The notes under the pieces were generated by a model that was not told the origin of the DNA, made no database searches, and worked only from the letters and a program-made list of their open reading frames with translations. This document shows positions 25,591 to 38,769 of a stretch of 64,000 nt of DNA, piece by piece; positions within the stretch are counted from its first letter, which is position 1; each line of letters starts with the position of its first letter. The translations under genes were made by a program, and so were the position numbers. This DNA is from Octopus sinensis (lineage: Eukaryota): contig NC_042997.1 of assembly GCF_006345805.1 (NCBI RefSeq), positions 177,134,001 through 177,198,000 of the forward strand, read 5' to 3'.

Positions 25591-26901
25591 GCACATATAT
25601 ATGTATGTATATATATGCACATACGTATGTTTATATGTGTATATATGTTCGTGTGTGTATGTGTGTGTGTGTGCATGCGTGCATGTGTGTGTATATCTAT
25701 GTGTGTGTGTGTTTGTGTGTGTTTGTTTGTGTGTGCGTGTGTGTGTGTGTGTGAGAGTGTGTGTGTCTATCACATCATGTACAAAATTGAAGTTTTCTTT
25801 GTGGATTACACCTACAGCGTTAGCTTCTTAGTGTCCAATCCGGATTGGTCTCATTAGATGCACCCCTGTTTGGTTACTCATCGGAGAACAAGTACCTGCG
25901 TTTTCTGCCCATTGAAAGATTAGTTGCTTATTGCTAATGTCGAAAAATACGTTCTGTAATTTTTTATGTAATTAATTACGTTAAGAATAGACTGACAAAT
26001 GGCTAAATAGACCCAGAGAAGTATTTTGGGATATTTCAGAATTCCTACAATAGCGGCGTTTTCCCCGCATTAGAATGTCACACTGAATATCGGAAATATA
26101 TCTGAAGTTACTCGTAGCTGTTCTGTCTCATCTTTTTGCCATTCTGGTTCTCAGAAAACCTGAATTTTGCCATTCAGGTTCTCAGAGTTTTCATAACTAC
26201 AGGAGACATGTAGCTTTCTGCTCCTATGATGAAAAACTTGACTAATTTAGTCTCCTTTGCATTCTTAACTGTCTATCTAAAACTAGTTGAGAAAGTATTC
26301 AGACAGTGGCTACAGAGGATATCGTAAGAAATAAAGCCTCAGATAAATATCCCAGTCATTTTATATGGAAAAACCGAGATGCCAGAGCGTTTGCCATCAG
26401 TTCGAGATAAGACAATGTAGAAGGTGTGTAAACGTAGAAGAGGGCTCTTAACTTGTAATTGCCGTAGGTATCTGCCTGCGCTTACTGAACAGCTTAAGCT
26501 GTGTACTTCATCTTGATTCGCCTAAGTGGAGCCTTTAGACCAAGCGAGAGCGATAAACAAAGGGAACCGAATCAAAACAAATGCTCTTGATGTGCAATCC
26601 GTCCAATCGTTCTACAAATAGATTGGTGTAAACTCCAAACCTTCTAGCGTATCAAATACCAACGCTTCCTAAAATCTAAATGACAGGAACTTCATACAGT
26701 CTTACCTTGAACATTGTGAATGGTCACGAGATGAAAATTCACTTGAATCAAATATATTACACACTAATTCGTTCATACTCATTACTGAGGTTTTTCATAT
26801 TTAAGTTGGAGCTAGAAGTCCCAGGCAACGAACTTTTTCTTATCTGTCTATCTGTCTGTCTGCCTGCTTGCCTTTCTGTCTGTCTGTCTATCTATCTATC
26901 T

Positions 26902-26962
<61 letters not shown>

Positions 26963-26987
26963 TTATCTCTCTCTCTCTCTCTCTCTG

Positions 26988-27036
<49 letters not shown>

Positions 27037-27362
27037 GGCGCAGGCGTGGGTGTGTAGTAAGAAGCTTGCTTGCCAACTACATAGTTCTGTGTTCATTCCC
27101 ACTGCATGGCACCTTGGGCATGTGCCTTCTACTATAGCTTCGGGCCGACCAAAGCCTTGTGAATGGATTTGGTAGACGGAAACTGAAAGAAGCCCATCAT
27201 ATATATATATATGTATATGTATATATATGTGCGTGTGTGTATCTGTGTATGTGCTTGTCCTCCCACCATTGCTTAACAGCCGATGTTGGTGTGGGTCGAT
27301 TTGTTCGACTAAAGGCGGTGCTCCAGCATGGCTGCAGTCAAATGACTGGAACAATAAAAGAA
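27037..27362 (+). mobile_element. SINE family A
   Basis: Head GGCGCAGGCGTGGGTGTGTAG, CORE-like segment, internal (TA)n, tail. Confidence 0.9.
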
Positions 27363-29497
27363 TATATATGTGTGTGTGTACATATATATGTGTGTGTATG
27401 TGCATATATATGCGTATATATATACATACACATACACAGATATATATTCACACAGACATATATAAACATATATGTGAAGAGAGAGAGAGAAAGAGGTAAG
27501 AGAGAGAAGGGAGAGAGGGCGATGGAGAGAGAATAGTATTCATGACAACTTAGTCAAATAACCACAACATAAGAATTGTGTAGAAAACGAAAGAATGTAC
27601 GTGTTTTGTCTGTTGATTATAATTCACCAGACATCCATCCAAACAATGGTTAAGACGGCTGTTTGCATTAAAGTTTCTCGTTGATACTCAAGGCTCAAGC
27701 AACTGAGAACAGGGCAGCTGCCAACCGTCATCTGTTATTGACCATATTCACCAGGTGCTGTTTATTTATTTACGGAAAATGTAGTCTTTCGGCAGAGATA
27801 TTTCATTTAAGCTGTCATTCATTAGAGCAGACATTTTCCTTTTGTGTATTACATCGCTGTAACAATCTACATACATTGTTGCGTATTTCAGTTTTATTAT
27901 TTATCTAATTCTTGCTTCCTCATAATTTCTTCTTTCTTCATAATGGCACAGGATATTTTCTTTGTGTTTTGTGTTCATTCTCTTATCAAGATCTGTTGTT
28001 AATTTACTTGTGAATTATTTAGTCGAAAGAATTGGAACTATATATCTGTGGCCTTTACAAGATCTCTCCAACTAACGAGGATAATTCACCTCCATGTCCA
28101 CTCCAACTTTATCGTGAATTAATTAGAAAAACCTGAATAAGAAGCCAACCAGGAATGTAGTCAGAAATAAAGTTACAGAAAACAAAGTCACAGTAAAATA
28201 TCACAGTAGCTTGAAAAAAGGGCAAAGAAAAAAAATGTCATATTTTTTTAAGCACCATAAATAATCGTTTAAGTAATTAAAGAATTGGTATTTTTAGCCG
28301 CTTATTAATTGACAATGGTTGACTTGTTCATATTGACAACATAATTTATATTATGGCATTACATGTATGTGAATAAAAATTCCTATTTTATTCAATATAT
28401 TAAATAAATAATGACACATTCACACACACATACATACACAAACACATACATACACACACAAACACACACATTCATCCACACATACACACCCACTCCCACA
28501 AAACATCAGCCTCAAATCAAGCATTTATTAAAGTCTTCTTGAGATTTTTATTCTGTGAAATATTTTATAACCTGGATTGAACTAGGATGCCTCTGTCGTA
28601 ATTACTGAACTTACTGAAATCTCCCTTAAATCTCATAGTGCCGCTAAATTAAATGTAAGGAAAAAGAATCCTTTGGATAATATACTTGTCGAAACGACTG
28701 ATGATCGTTAATGAAATTAAACAATCACAGCGTGGCGGTCACACGTTAACCATTCAAAGACATACAAAGACTGTCAACTTTACTTAATCATTTATTATTC
28801 AGTGTTAAACTTTTCAGCGTATCAAATAATAAATATCTGAGTTAATTTAACAGTCTTTGCGTGATTTTGAATGGCTAATATGTGTTTTCCATCCTGTGAT
28901 TGTTTTAGTTTCAGTACACGGTCTCAGATCAAATCACTTCCTTGGCAAGTATACCTCCGTTATTGAAATACTTTCCATTATAGATCGACGCAAGTAGGGC
29001 TGATTTGAAGCCAAAGAACAACAGCAACAGCACTGCATAAAATTATTAAAAAGAGCCACTATATGGTTGCTCGGTCTGCTAGAAATAGCGATTTAATCTC
29101 TCTCAATTCCCACCCTATAAGCGTTAAAAAATGGAAGAGCACACTAAATAATATCGTACGAAAGACTAATATTTAAAGTAAAGACCGAGTGATTAGGGAG
29201 CTAAACAACAAAGCAACGTAGCTAGAAAAGGGATTTCAAAAGGTTTCAGTTTTGGAGGGAGTGAAAAAAAAAACTGTTTTGTGCGAAGTTAATAGGAGCT
29301 GAAACAAAATAGGGTTGAGGATTTGAATCCGAATGATGAGGCTTTAACGATTGGTAAATCATAGCAGTAACAGCCGTTTTAGAACAGGAAAAAGGATGAA
29401 ACAGCATACTGATGGACTAATATTTCTAATGTTATGGTGAGTCTACGTCAGTTAGTAGCAGGTATATTTTTTTCATATAGCCTAAGATGCTGTATGT

Positions 29498-29740
29498 TCG
29501 AATCTCAGACCGGGTGATGTGTGTGTTTATGAGCGAAACACCTAAGCTCCACGCGGCTCCGGCAGAAGGCAATGGCGAACTTCTGCTGACTCTTTCGTCA
29601 CAACTTTCTCTCACTCTTTCCTCCTGCATCTTGCTGCTCACCTGCGACGGACCGGCGTCCCGTCCAGGTGGGAAACCTATATGCCAAGGAAACCGCGAAA
29701 CCGACCATATGAGCCAGGCGTGGCTCGAGAAGAAACAAAC
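29498..29740 (+). mobile_element. 5'-truncated SINE family C with 14 bp TSD
   Basis: TSD AAGATGCTGTATGT at 29484-29497 and 29741-29754; body matches 50052-50300. Confidence 0.92.
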
Positions 29741-31579
29741 AAGATGCTGTATGTGTATAGCAGATGCACTGCTCCAAGTATGTGAACTGTGCTCTAATGT
29801 CTGTCTTCTGTGACTTTTGTAGTCGGGTGGTTTGGAACTGATTAGAGCTGAAGTATTTTCTAGACTTGATAAGGAAGTTGTATTATTATTATTTTTATTT
29901 TTGAGACAAGTTTGGTAATGTTATGTGTAGTCACAATGAAAAATCTTAAGACATTGTAGCAGTTGGAGTAGCTTGACGCTGTGTGGAGAGAATGTATGAT
30001 GAAACGCTATTTTATGGTATGTGTAATGGCCATAATTCGGTGATGTTGAATAAGAGTAAGTTATTTCCCTGAAAGAGGATATCTTCGAAGTTTATGTTCA
30101 TAAACGTGATCTATGGCGTTATATGTTTATGGTTGTGGATACTGCTCGGAGATTATCAAGCAGGGAAGGGTGATATCATCTGAATAGAAGAATTATGTGG
30201 TTAGAAGTGAAAAAGAAAATGTGTAAGAAATATAACCGAAATCCTACGGCATATCAGAATTGATAGAATGCGGATCAGAGGCCGTTCCCATTAATGCAGA
30301 CAATATTTGAGTGATATGAAGAGAAGCTATGTCTATCTTAAGATAAAGATGGAACTTACAAGCTATAATAACTTAATTTGGGAGTTCTCTTGCCAGATAC
30401 GTTGAAAAATTAATTAAATTTGAGAACAAAACATTGATTTCTGTAAAGAAAGGCGAGAAACCAGTGATGTGTGACCTAAGATAGCAAATTCGGTAGCTGT
30501 GGCTATATGGAAGCCATGCTGATAATCACTGCGAACGGAAAATAGGAGATTGGTTATGGTTGTTTCATCATTTTATAGCTAAATAGTAAATAAAATCTGT
30601 CTGGAAGAGAAAACTCTACAATCTCGTATGGTTTGTGTTTAGCAGACCAGTATTAAAAAGAAAAACAGTATTTTAAGAAAACATTCTGCATTTCAGCCGT
30701 GTAATGCAATCAAGTAGAAGCTACTTGAAAGTACCAACAATAGGAGATTGTTTAAAATGTCTGGTTTCACGGCACTTAGTTATGTTGTAACAACGTACAG
30801 TATATAAGTTACGAGATCATTAATCAAACATTGTAAGCACAAAAGCCTTCTTAGTAATGGAAATATCAAAAGAGAGATTAGTTGAGTAAGTTATAATGTA
30901 ACAAGTCCTTTATAGAAAGCATAAACGTAGCCAATGTTGTTATATACACATTAAGTTGTTTGTCATAAAACCCTTTTTGAAGGATCATGTAGCGAACAAA
31001 GACACAACAAAAGCATTAAGATTATGCGGTGGGTGGATCTAAAAAAATGCATGAAATAAATAAAATAAGAATTAGCAATCCAATATTCAACGCATTCAAT
31101 CATTTGGCTTTTACAAGTAGCGTTTATTGATCAGGAAAAAGTAATTCAACATTTGTTAGGATTAACTCTTGGATAAATTATAAGGTTAAACTTTTAATCA
31201 ATCACGTTTCTAGTTTAGAATGTCAAATATTTGATATATCTAGTTTACTTCAATTTCGGTTACCTTGAATTCTGAGTTATGTTGTGGTCGGATCAGCGAA
31301 AATAAAATGAATGATGGAGTCATCAGTCCATATTTAGCACAAAGATTATTTTGAATGAATACATTTATGTGTGCAAGTGTGTTCATGAGGCGGGCTGTAA
31401 GTATCGAATGCATCAAAATTCTTCCTTACAATTTGGATGTTTTAATGATAATGTTTAAACGCAAAAACCATAAGAGTATTTGAACAACTTATAACTACTT
31501 ATACCCAAAGGCCGGTATCTGTTCATATAAGTCAGTTTATAATTGACGTAGTTGACATTTTGATATTAATTTCGATTTA

Positions 31580-31780
31580 AAGGCGGCGAGTTGATAGGAT
31601 TTTTAGCACGCCGGGCGGTATTTCGTCTGTCTTAACGTACTGAGTTACAATTCCGCCGAGGTCTACTTTCCCTTTATCATTTCCAGGTCGATAAAATAAA
31701 TACCAGTTGAGTACTGGGATCAATGTAATCGAATTACCCCCCCCCCAAAAAAAAATGCTGGCTTCGTGCCAATATTTGAA
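31580..31780 (+). mobile_element. Older SINE B
   Basis: AAGGCGGCGAG head, CCGCCGAGGTC, alternative tail. Confidence 0.85.
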
Positions 31781-32556
31781 ATCGATTTTACTTTCGATTC
31801 ATGTTATATATTTGATATATTTTTATTATTTATTATTGCATTTTTATCCATAGACCTGTGTTCATAAATACATTTAGTTGTTTGACTTTTGAGTGATCAA
31901 AAGCACTCACGAATATATTGTACGCATAAGATCCACTCGACGTTCCATAAGAAATTTAGAAATATAAATTGCAATAAAAGTTAGAGGTAATAATAACAAT
32001 TGAATTAAATATAGTAAATATAGTAAGTAGTAATTAAATATATTTTATTTTATTAAAATGGTAATATAACAATTAAAAGAAAAATAGCAATTAGTATAAA
32101 ATGTATCAAGGACTTGAACTCGAATATGTGTCTTTGCATGAATGGGAGAAATTAAAAGATAAAACATTTAATTGAGTGCAGAAGTGAATTAGTCCCGATG
32201 GAGCTGTGCGCTTATCATTTACTATAGCTGCTGGATTGAATTATATGCTTATAAGGTAGCATTCAGTATCTATGAGAATTTTTGGGAGTACGTAATGTCT
32301 GGTCTTTCGCATGTAGCAGGTATGTAATTGTGCATTTGTTTCCGTGTACTATGTGTTGTGTGTAAAAATATCCTGACGAGGTGAGTGTCAATTTTAAATA
32401 TATATGTTTCATATTAATTGGTGCATCTTTTATGTATTTTTGTAAATTTGTATATTTATCTTCTATGTATTTTTCTCTGGAATTTTAATTCGTCTTTTTA
32501 ATATGTCATTGTATGTTTTATTACCCCAAATTTTTAATTTAACAAATTTATACCAA

Positions 32557-32595
32557 ACTAGCACTATGACCCTGTGACGCCGGGTCATAATGCTA

Positions 32596-32597
<2 letters not shown>
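32557..32597. other. 16 bp hairpin bounded by ACTAG/CTAGT (Helitron/Helentron terminus-like)
   Basis: ACTAGCACTATGACCC-TGTGACGCC-GGGTCATAATGCTAGT; similar terminus CCGAAGCAACGCCGGG..TGCTAGT at 44291-44319. Confidence 0.5.
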
Positions 32598-32632
<35 letters not shown>

Positions 32633-32752
32633 AGAACCTAGTAGAGTACTGTATAGAGCTCGTCCACCTTCGTATTTCACCCAGTGCTATCTAACAGTAG
32701 TATTTTACCTACTGCTGGATTTGCATTGGGGATTTTGTAGTGTGATTGGATA

Positions 32753-33187
32753 ATTGAATAAGTTGGAGTCAACAAAAAGGAGTACAGAAAAACATTTACT
32801 TGTAATCACTATAATTGTTTCCGCGCAACGTAGTTCCCCAGGTTCGCAGGTATTTGGTTATGTAACTATTTCCCCGCATTATGAGATCTTCTTGAATTTC
32901 ATCAGGTGATATATAGATATTGTTTCTGTGCTCTGTAAAATCAAATTTTCGGCTTCGACCACATCCTTTCTGTCTGTTGTGGCTATGCAAAGTAGTAGTA
33001 TACACTCAGCATTTCAAAGTGATATTTATATGTCACCTGATGAAACACAACAAAATCTCATAATGCAGGGAAACGGTTCCATAACAAAATACCCGCGAAC
33101 CTGGAAAACTACGTTGCGTTGAAACAATTATAGTGATAACAAATAAATGTTTCTCCATATTCCTTGTTAACTCCAACTTATTCAATG
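32753..33187. mobile_element. Palindromic element (~165 bp arms) with a hammerhead-like core in each arm
   Basis: 32753-32920 is the reverse complement of 33020-33187; plus arm UCAC-CUGAUGA-AACACAAC..GUUGCGUU-GAAA-CAAUUAUA-GUGA (33033-33136). Confidence 0.8.
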
Positions 33188-33194
33188 ATATGTG

Positions 33195-33410
33195 TGTGTG
33201 GTGTTTGTGTCTTTGTGTCTGTGTTTGTCCCCCCAACACCGCTTAATAACCGGTGTTGGTGTGCTTAGGTCCCTGTAACTGAGAGAGTGATAAATTAGAG
33301 ACTTAAAAAACAAGTTCTGGAGTCGAGTTGTTCGACTAAAAACCCTTCAAGGCGGTGCTCCAGCATGGTCGCAGTCAAATGACTGAAACAAATAAAAGAA
33401 TAAAAGAATC
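33195..33410 (+). mobile_element. 3' half of SINE family A
   Basis: GTGTTTGTCCCCCC..AAGGCGGTGCTCCAGCATGGTCGCAGTCAAATGACTGAAAC..AATAAAAGAAT. Confidence 0.85.
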
Positions 33411-33524
33411 TAAATAAACGACTGTTGGTGCAGCAAGATATAATAAACTCAGTCCTTATCCATACAAGTTAAATCAGCCTTAAATACCGACATGCATTTA
33501 CAATACCGCCAGGAAATCATAATT

Positions 33525-33928
33525 CTTATTTCTTTATACCCTCAATGAGCTAAACATAGAGGGACAAACAAGGACAGACAAAGGGATTAAGTCCACCCAG
33601 TGCGTAACTGGTACTTAATTTATCAACCCCGAAAGGATGAAAGGCAAAGTCGACCTCGGCGGAATTTGAACTCAGAACGTAACAGCAGACGAAATACCTA
33701 TTACTTTACTACCCACAAGGGGCTAAACACAGAGAGGACAAACAAGGACAGACAAACGGATTAAGTCGATTATATCGATCCCAGTGCGTAACTGGTACTT
33801 ATTTAATCGATCCCGAAAGGATGAAAGGCAAAGTCGATCTCGGCGGAATTTGAACTTAGAACGTGGCGGCAGGCGAAATACCGCTAAGCATTTCGCCCGG
33901 CGTGCTAACGTTTCTGCCAGCTCGCCGT
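33525..33928 (-). mobile_element. SINE B dimer
   Basis: Two tandem units joined at GACGAAATAC|CTATT. Confidence 0.92.
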
Positions 33929-34361
33929 CCTATAAGCTGTACACTTCCTACTCAAGATATAATCCGTTTCATTTAACTCCATCTCCTAGTTTTGGATTGC
34001 TTTTAAATGGAGTCCACTCAGTTAGTCTGAGGATATTATATATCGATATTCACTTGATCCACTACGCTATATTGCACTTGGATTTGTTAATGCAATTGCT
34101 TGTTGGGGGTACGCGTTGTAGAGTTAATTCAGGAAACGAACAGTGTTGGATATGATGAACAACTGGGGATTCTGTCCTATTTGTTGGCAAGCCTGCCTGC
34201 AAGCAAAGACTTTTAATTGAGTTACTTACAAAGATAATTATGGCTAGCAGGAACTCGTAGGTTGTATTTTCTACTCTCTTTATCAAATTAGTCGCGTAGC
34301 TTTGCAAAAGCCGTGGAATTGCTCCTACACATTTGATTAGACATTTTGAAAAATTCTAACG

Positions 34362-34407
<46 letters not shown>

Positions 34408-34417
34408 CACACACATA

Positions 34418-34630
34418 CCTATTTCTTTACTACCCAAAAGGGGCTAAACACAGAGAGGACGAACAAGGACAGACAAACAGATTAAGTCGATTACATCTAC
34501 CCCAGTGCGTAACTGGTGCTTAATTTATCGACCCCGAAAGGAGGAAACGCAAAGTCGACCTCGGCGGAATTTGAACTCAGAACGTAACGGCAGACGAAAT
34601 ACGGCTACACGTTTCTGCAAGCTCGCCGCC
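34418..34630 (-). mobile_element. SINE B in (CA)n with TSD
   Basis: Flanking TACACGYACACACATACC direct repeat. Confidence 0.9.
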
Positions 34631-34646
34631 TACACGTACACACATA

Positions 34647-34687
<41 letters not shown>

Positions 34688-35274
34688 CCATATACGTAGC
34701 AAAATATGTACATCATATATATATCCACTAATCTCAAACCAGACCTGTAACGAGACTATTACTCCCGGTTGTGCACGATTAATCTTAAAAGGGTTCACAT
34801 TTTTATAATCTTAATGTTTTAATACACATATACACTGACATTAGAAAGCAATCATTACGCACATTATGGGATACATTATAATTACTTGAAAGTAAAATTA
34901 CTGTTTATTTTTAAGGAAAAAAAAAAGCAAGAGAAACTATACTTATATATTATCACTATATATATTGTATGGATTGGTTTGCATTAACTATTATCTATAT
35001 AGAGTCTATGACCTATTATATTAATTTAAATTCAACTGAAAAAAAAGTTGGATATGTTAATATATAAAATTTTCTTGGTGTCTGGTATGGGGGAATCGAT
35101 CATAATTTAATAATTTTAAATATATTTATTTTTGGATCCATTACTGAGTAATAATTAATTCCTAGATTTTTTAATGTAATGACAGAAATATTAATCTTCA
35201 TGATTTTCTGTAACTAACATCTAGAAATATAAGTGGAGAGGCTGCTCAATTTTCTGTGGTGGCTTAACCAAGCC

Positions 35275-35682
35275 ATTTCTTATTTCTTTATTGCCCATAA
35301 TCGGGCTAAACATAGAGGGGACAAACAAGGACAGACAAACGGATTAAGTCGATTACATCGACCCCCAGTGCGTAACTGGTACTTAATTTATCGATCCCGA
35401 AAGGATGAAGGGCAAAGTCGACCTCGGCGGAATTTGAACTCAGAACGTAATTGCAGACAAAATACCTATTTCTTTATTACCCACAAGGAGCTAAACATAG
35501 AGGAGACAAACAACGACAGACATAGGTATTAAGTCGATTACATCGACCCCAGTGCGTAACTGGTCCTTAATTTATCGGCCCCGAAAAGATGAAAGGTGAA
35601 GTTGAACTCAGAACATAACGGCAGACGAAATACGGCTACGCATTTCGCCCGGCATTCTAACGTTTCTGCCAGCTCGCCGCCT
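35275..35682 (-). mobile_element. SINE B dimer
   Basis: Two units joined at GACAAAATAC|CTATTTC. Confidence 0.92.
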
Positions 35683-37242
35683 TACTGTGTCTGGCTTTTC
35701 TTTGTCTATAGATGTACCCCCAAAATTATGCAAAGGAATGCCATAAGAAATAAAAAGCAAAATTAAAAAATTGTTGTATATATCTGGCATAGTAGATCTG
35801 TAGGTTGCATCCAGTCTTTCAACTAGTTACCGACTCAATAAGAGCCGACCAGGGGCTACACAAGTACGGTAAGAACAGCAGCTCTGATTAACATATCTGG
35901 AAATATATTACAGAAAATACCTATGGGAAAGAAAATAAAACTTTCATTTCTTACCAACGAAACTTAATTTTGTTGAAAGTTCTGGGCGGGAGGATATTGA
36001 AGTGAATGGTAGGAATCTGAGAAGCACAAGAATCTTTAGATTTAAAGGCCCAGCCTTAGGCCATACACAACGACGTTATTAATTATCCCTTACAACAGCA
36101 ATTTCAAACAGTGATCAATAGCGTAGAGAGAGATGAACTTCACTAGGATTCCTTGACATTTGGCACGCTATAAAAAGACGAAGACATTGACAAGCAAACA
36201 AGGAGACCATTACGTGGTTGCTTGATCTCTTAGAAAAAGCAGCCAAGTCACTCTAGTTTCAAATCCTACTTATTCAAAAAAGAAAGATATACTGGAGACG
36301 GTACCCTTATATACTCTGTGTCTTAAATTAAAAAAAATATGGGGCAATCGTGGCTTTGAAAGCAAATCAACCAGAGTTGGCTCGGAGCTAAACAGCAATC
36401 ATAAGAACAGCAACGGAACCGTTTGATTGATTATCAAAAAAATGTTTTATGAGTTACAAAATATTTCCATTGTGGATGAAACGTTGGGAAATATATGGTA
36501 TTTTACTGTCAAAAGAGAAAGACAACAAAATTTTCGATTCTCGGTAGAGGAATACACGTAAGAATTGTGAGAGGAGGAAGTGTGATAAAAAAGATGCAAG
36601 GCAAGTGCACAGAAAACAGAACAACAGTAGTTAAGGTGTGGTAGTGGTGGTAGTCATATATTTTATAATTGGCAGAGAAGGAAACGCACTGGGAAGAGGT
36701 AGAAAAAGGACAGCAACAAGTATTAATGTTGATAATGAAAATGGATGCAAGAATACTTGCATAATCAAGTGAGCTAGCATACACATTACTATTATGCTTT
36801 CACGCAGCAGGCGTCCCTGGGCATTTTTTTCTTCCCAGTCGTCCTCTTAATATTAATTACAGTATGGTGGCAGTGTGAGCTGCAGTTGCAGGAGGAGGAG
36901 GAGGTGGGCGTAAGAAGTCGAGGTGGCAGTAGAAGTAGAATGTAGAAGCAGGAGTAGTAGCAGTGGGAGGAGTAGTATTGCGTTGCGAGTAGGTGTAGTG
37001 GAAGAAGGCATAGGAAAACGAGACGAAGTGTATGCGTGTGTATAGACATGCGCGTGTATGTATGTAGGTGTGAATGCATATATGAGTTCTGTGTATGTGT
37101 GCGTGCGTGTGTATATGTGTGTGTATGTGAAGGCGCGTATACGAGGTTATTTTGTCTTTCTATCTCCTGATAAGACATCTAAAACATCACATGACCTGAT
37201 GATCGTCTGCAAGCTCTAGCAGATGCCTATATTACAGCTATC

Positions 37243-37504
37243 ATGGTAGTAATAGTAGTAGTAGTGGTGGTGGTGGCGGCAGTAGAAAGTGGTAGGGATG
37301 GTGATAGTAGTGGCTGTAGTGGTAGTTTTAGTGGTGGCGATAGTATTATTAGTAGTGGTAGCGGTGACGGTGGTGGAAATGGTAATAGCAGTGGTAGCGG
37401 TGGTAATCGTCGGCATAGTAGTAGTCGTAGTAGCGGTAGTAGTAGTTGTAATCGTCGTCATAGTAGTACTAGTAGTAGTCGTAGTACTTGTAGTAGCGAT
37501 AGCT

Positions 37505-37540
<36 letters not shown>

Positions 37541-37620
37541 ATGGTGGTATTGATATCGGGATTGTTGTTGATGGAAGTGGTGTTGTTGTTGGTGGTGGTG
37601 GTAGTAATAGTAGTCAAAAC
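37243..37620. repeat. Degenerate (GTA/GTG)n trinucleotide tract
   Basis: Seen directly; gives poly-T, poly-S/G and poly-V ORFs in three frames. Confidence 0.9.
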
Positions 37621-37912
37621 TAGTTAGATAAACCCACTATCGACGTTACTGTCATCATCACCCACACACTGACACGCGAATCTCAAACACCATGGCCACG
37701 GGCCCGCTAGCGAGAGAATCTCCATGTAGTCGCTCAACCTGCAAGCAATAGCTGATGAATCCATTCAAATCATACCCTACCATCGCTCGGAGGACACATT
37801 GAACAATGCAGAGCTTTATGAGTGATAGCGTGCCTTTGTAGACCGACATCTCGAAATTTGTATAATCTTCTTATTGGAGTGTCACACGTGTATTTATGCA
37901 CTTACCTAAAAC

Positions 37913-38074
37913 CAGTAGCGTAGGGAGAGGAAAGGCGATGGGTGTGGTCATCCCGTCCCTTCCGGGTGGCACTTATATGGAGGCGACACTGATATAAGCC
38001 TACATAAGGACGGTGATGCGGGGCGGCAAACTCGAAGACTACCTCGGACAGCACAAACTCTAGCTACTCGGTGG
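37913..38074. mobile_element. hAT-like MITE with 8 bp TSD
   Basis: TSD CCTAAAAC at 37905-37912 and 38075-38082; left end CAGTAGCGTAG, degenerate right end. Confidence 0.6.
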
Positions 38075-38090
38075 CCTAAAACTATAATAC

Positions 38091-38142
<52 letters not shown>

Positions 38143-38157
38143 TAATAATAATAATAA

Positions 38158-38448
38158 TAGAAATAGAGGTAACTAGAATATGGAATCTAAAATTAGAAAC
38201 AATTCTTATCATAGTAAGTGCATTAGGCATGATGAAAAAATATTCAGACAAATGCATAACAAAAACACCAGGACTTACAAACACATATAGCATACAGAAA
38301 ATTGCACTACTAGGCACTGCACACATCCTACGCAGAACACTTTCCATACAGTAACCATCAGAGCATCGCAACAAATCACAGCACATACCCAAGGCACACA
38401 GAGCTGCGCTCGGTAGTGAAGTGAAAGCACGCTATAAAAATAAAACTA

Positions 38449-38452
<4 letters not shown>
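38158..38452 (+). mobile_element. 3' end of R4/Dong-clade LINE inserted in (AAT)n
   Basis: IEIEVTRIWNLK..IIVSALGM..IQKIALLGTAHILRRTLS* (RLE C-terminus), flanked by (AAT)n on both sides. Confidence 0.88.
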
Positions 38453-38492
<40 letters not shown>

Positions 38493-38769
38493 AATTATTG
38501 TATACAGTGCTCAGGTGCACCACAACTTGTCAAAAGTACGTATAAAGCATATGCAGTAATGTACAAATGTCTGGAAAGTGAACAGTGTATGAGTCAGATA
38601 CATACTTGCGTGTGTATGGAGGGGAGAAAATCAGGTGTAGTGTTGGCGAATGCACAGATAAGTTTGTTATATGATTAAATATTAACTCTACTACCGCCAC
38701 GTCTCTACCATAAACTCCATTACTACCTAAGCTAGAAATAGCTCAGTCAATTACTAATATTAAATACCA

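Noticed and set aside
25830-26720. Possible decayed L1/Tx1-like LINE (similar impression at 29820-30700)
   Set aside because: No motif could be read with enough confidence.
27700-27830. Cluster of E-boxes (CAGCTG, CATCTG, CAGGTG)
   Set aside because: Short motifs with no conservation data; cannot be called an enhancer.
28690-28720. CTGATGA..GAAA close together
   Set aside because: No stem II or stem I pairing.
33784-35532. Recurrent peptide RKDERQSRPRRNLNSER in several ORFs
   Set aside because: Antisense translation of SINE B, not a gene family.
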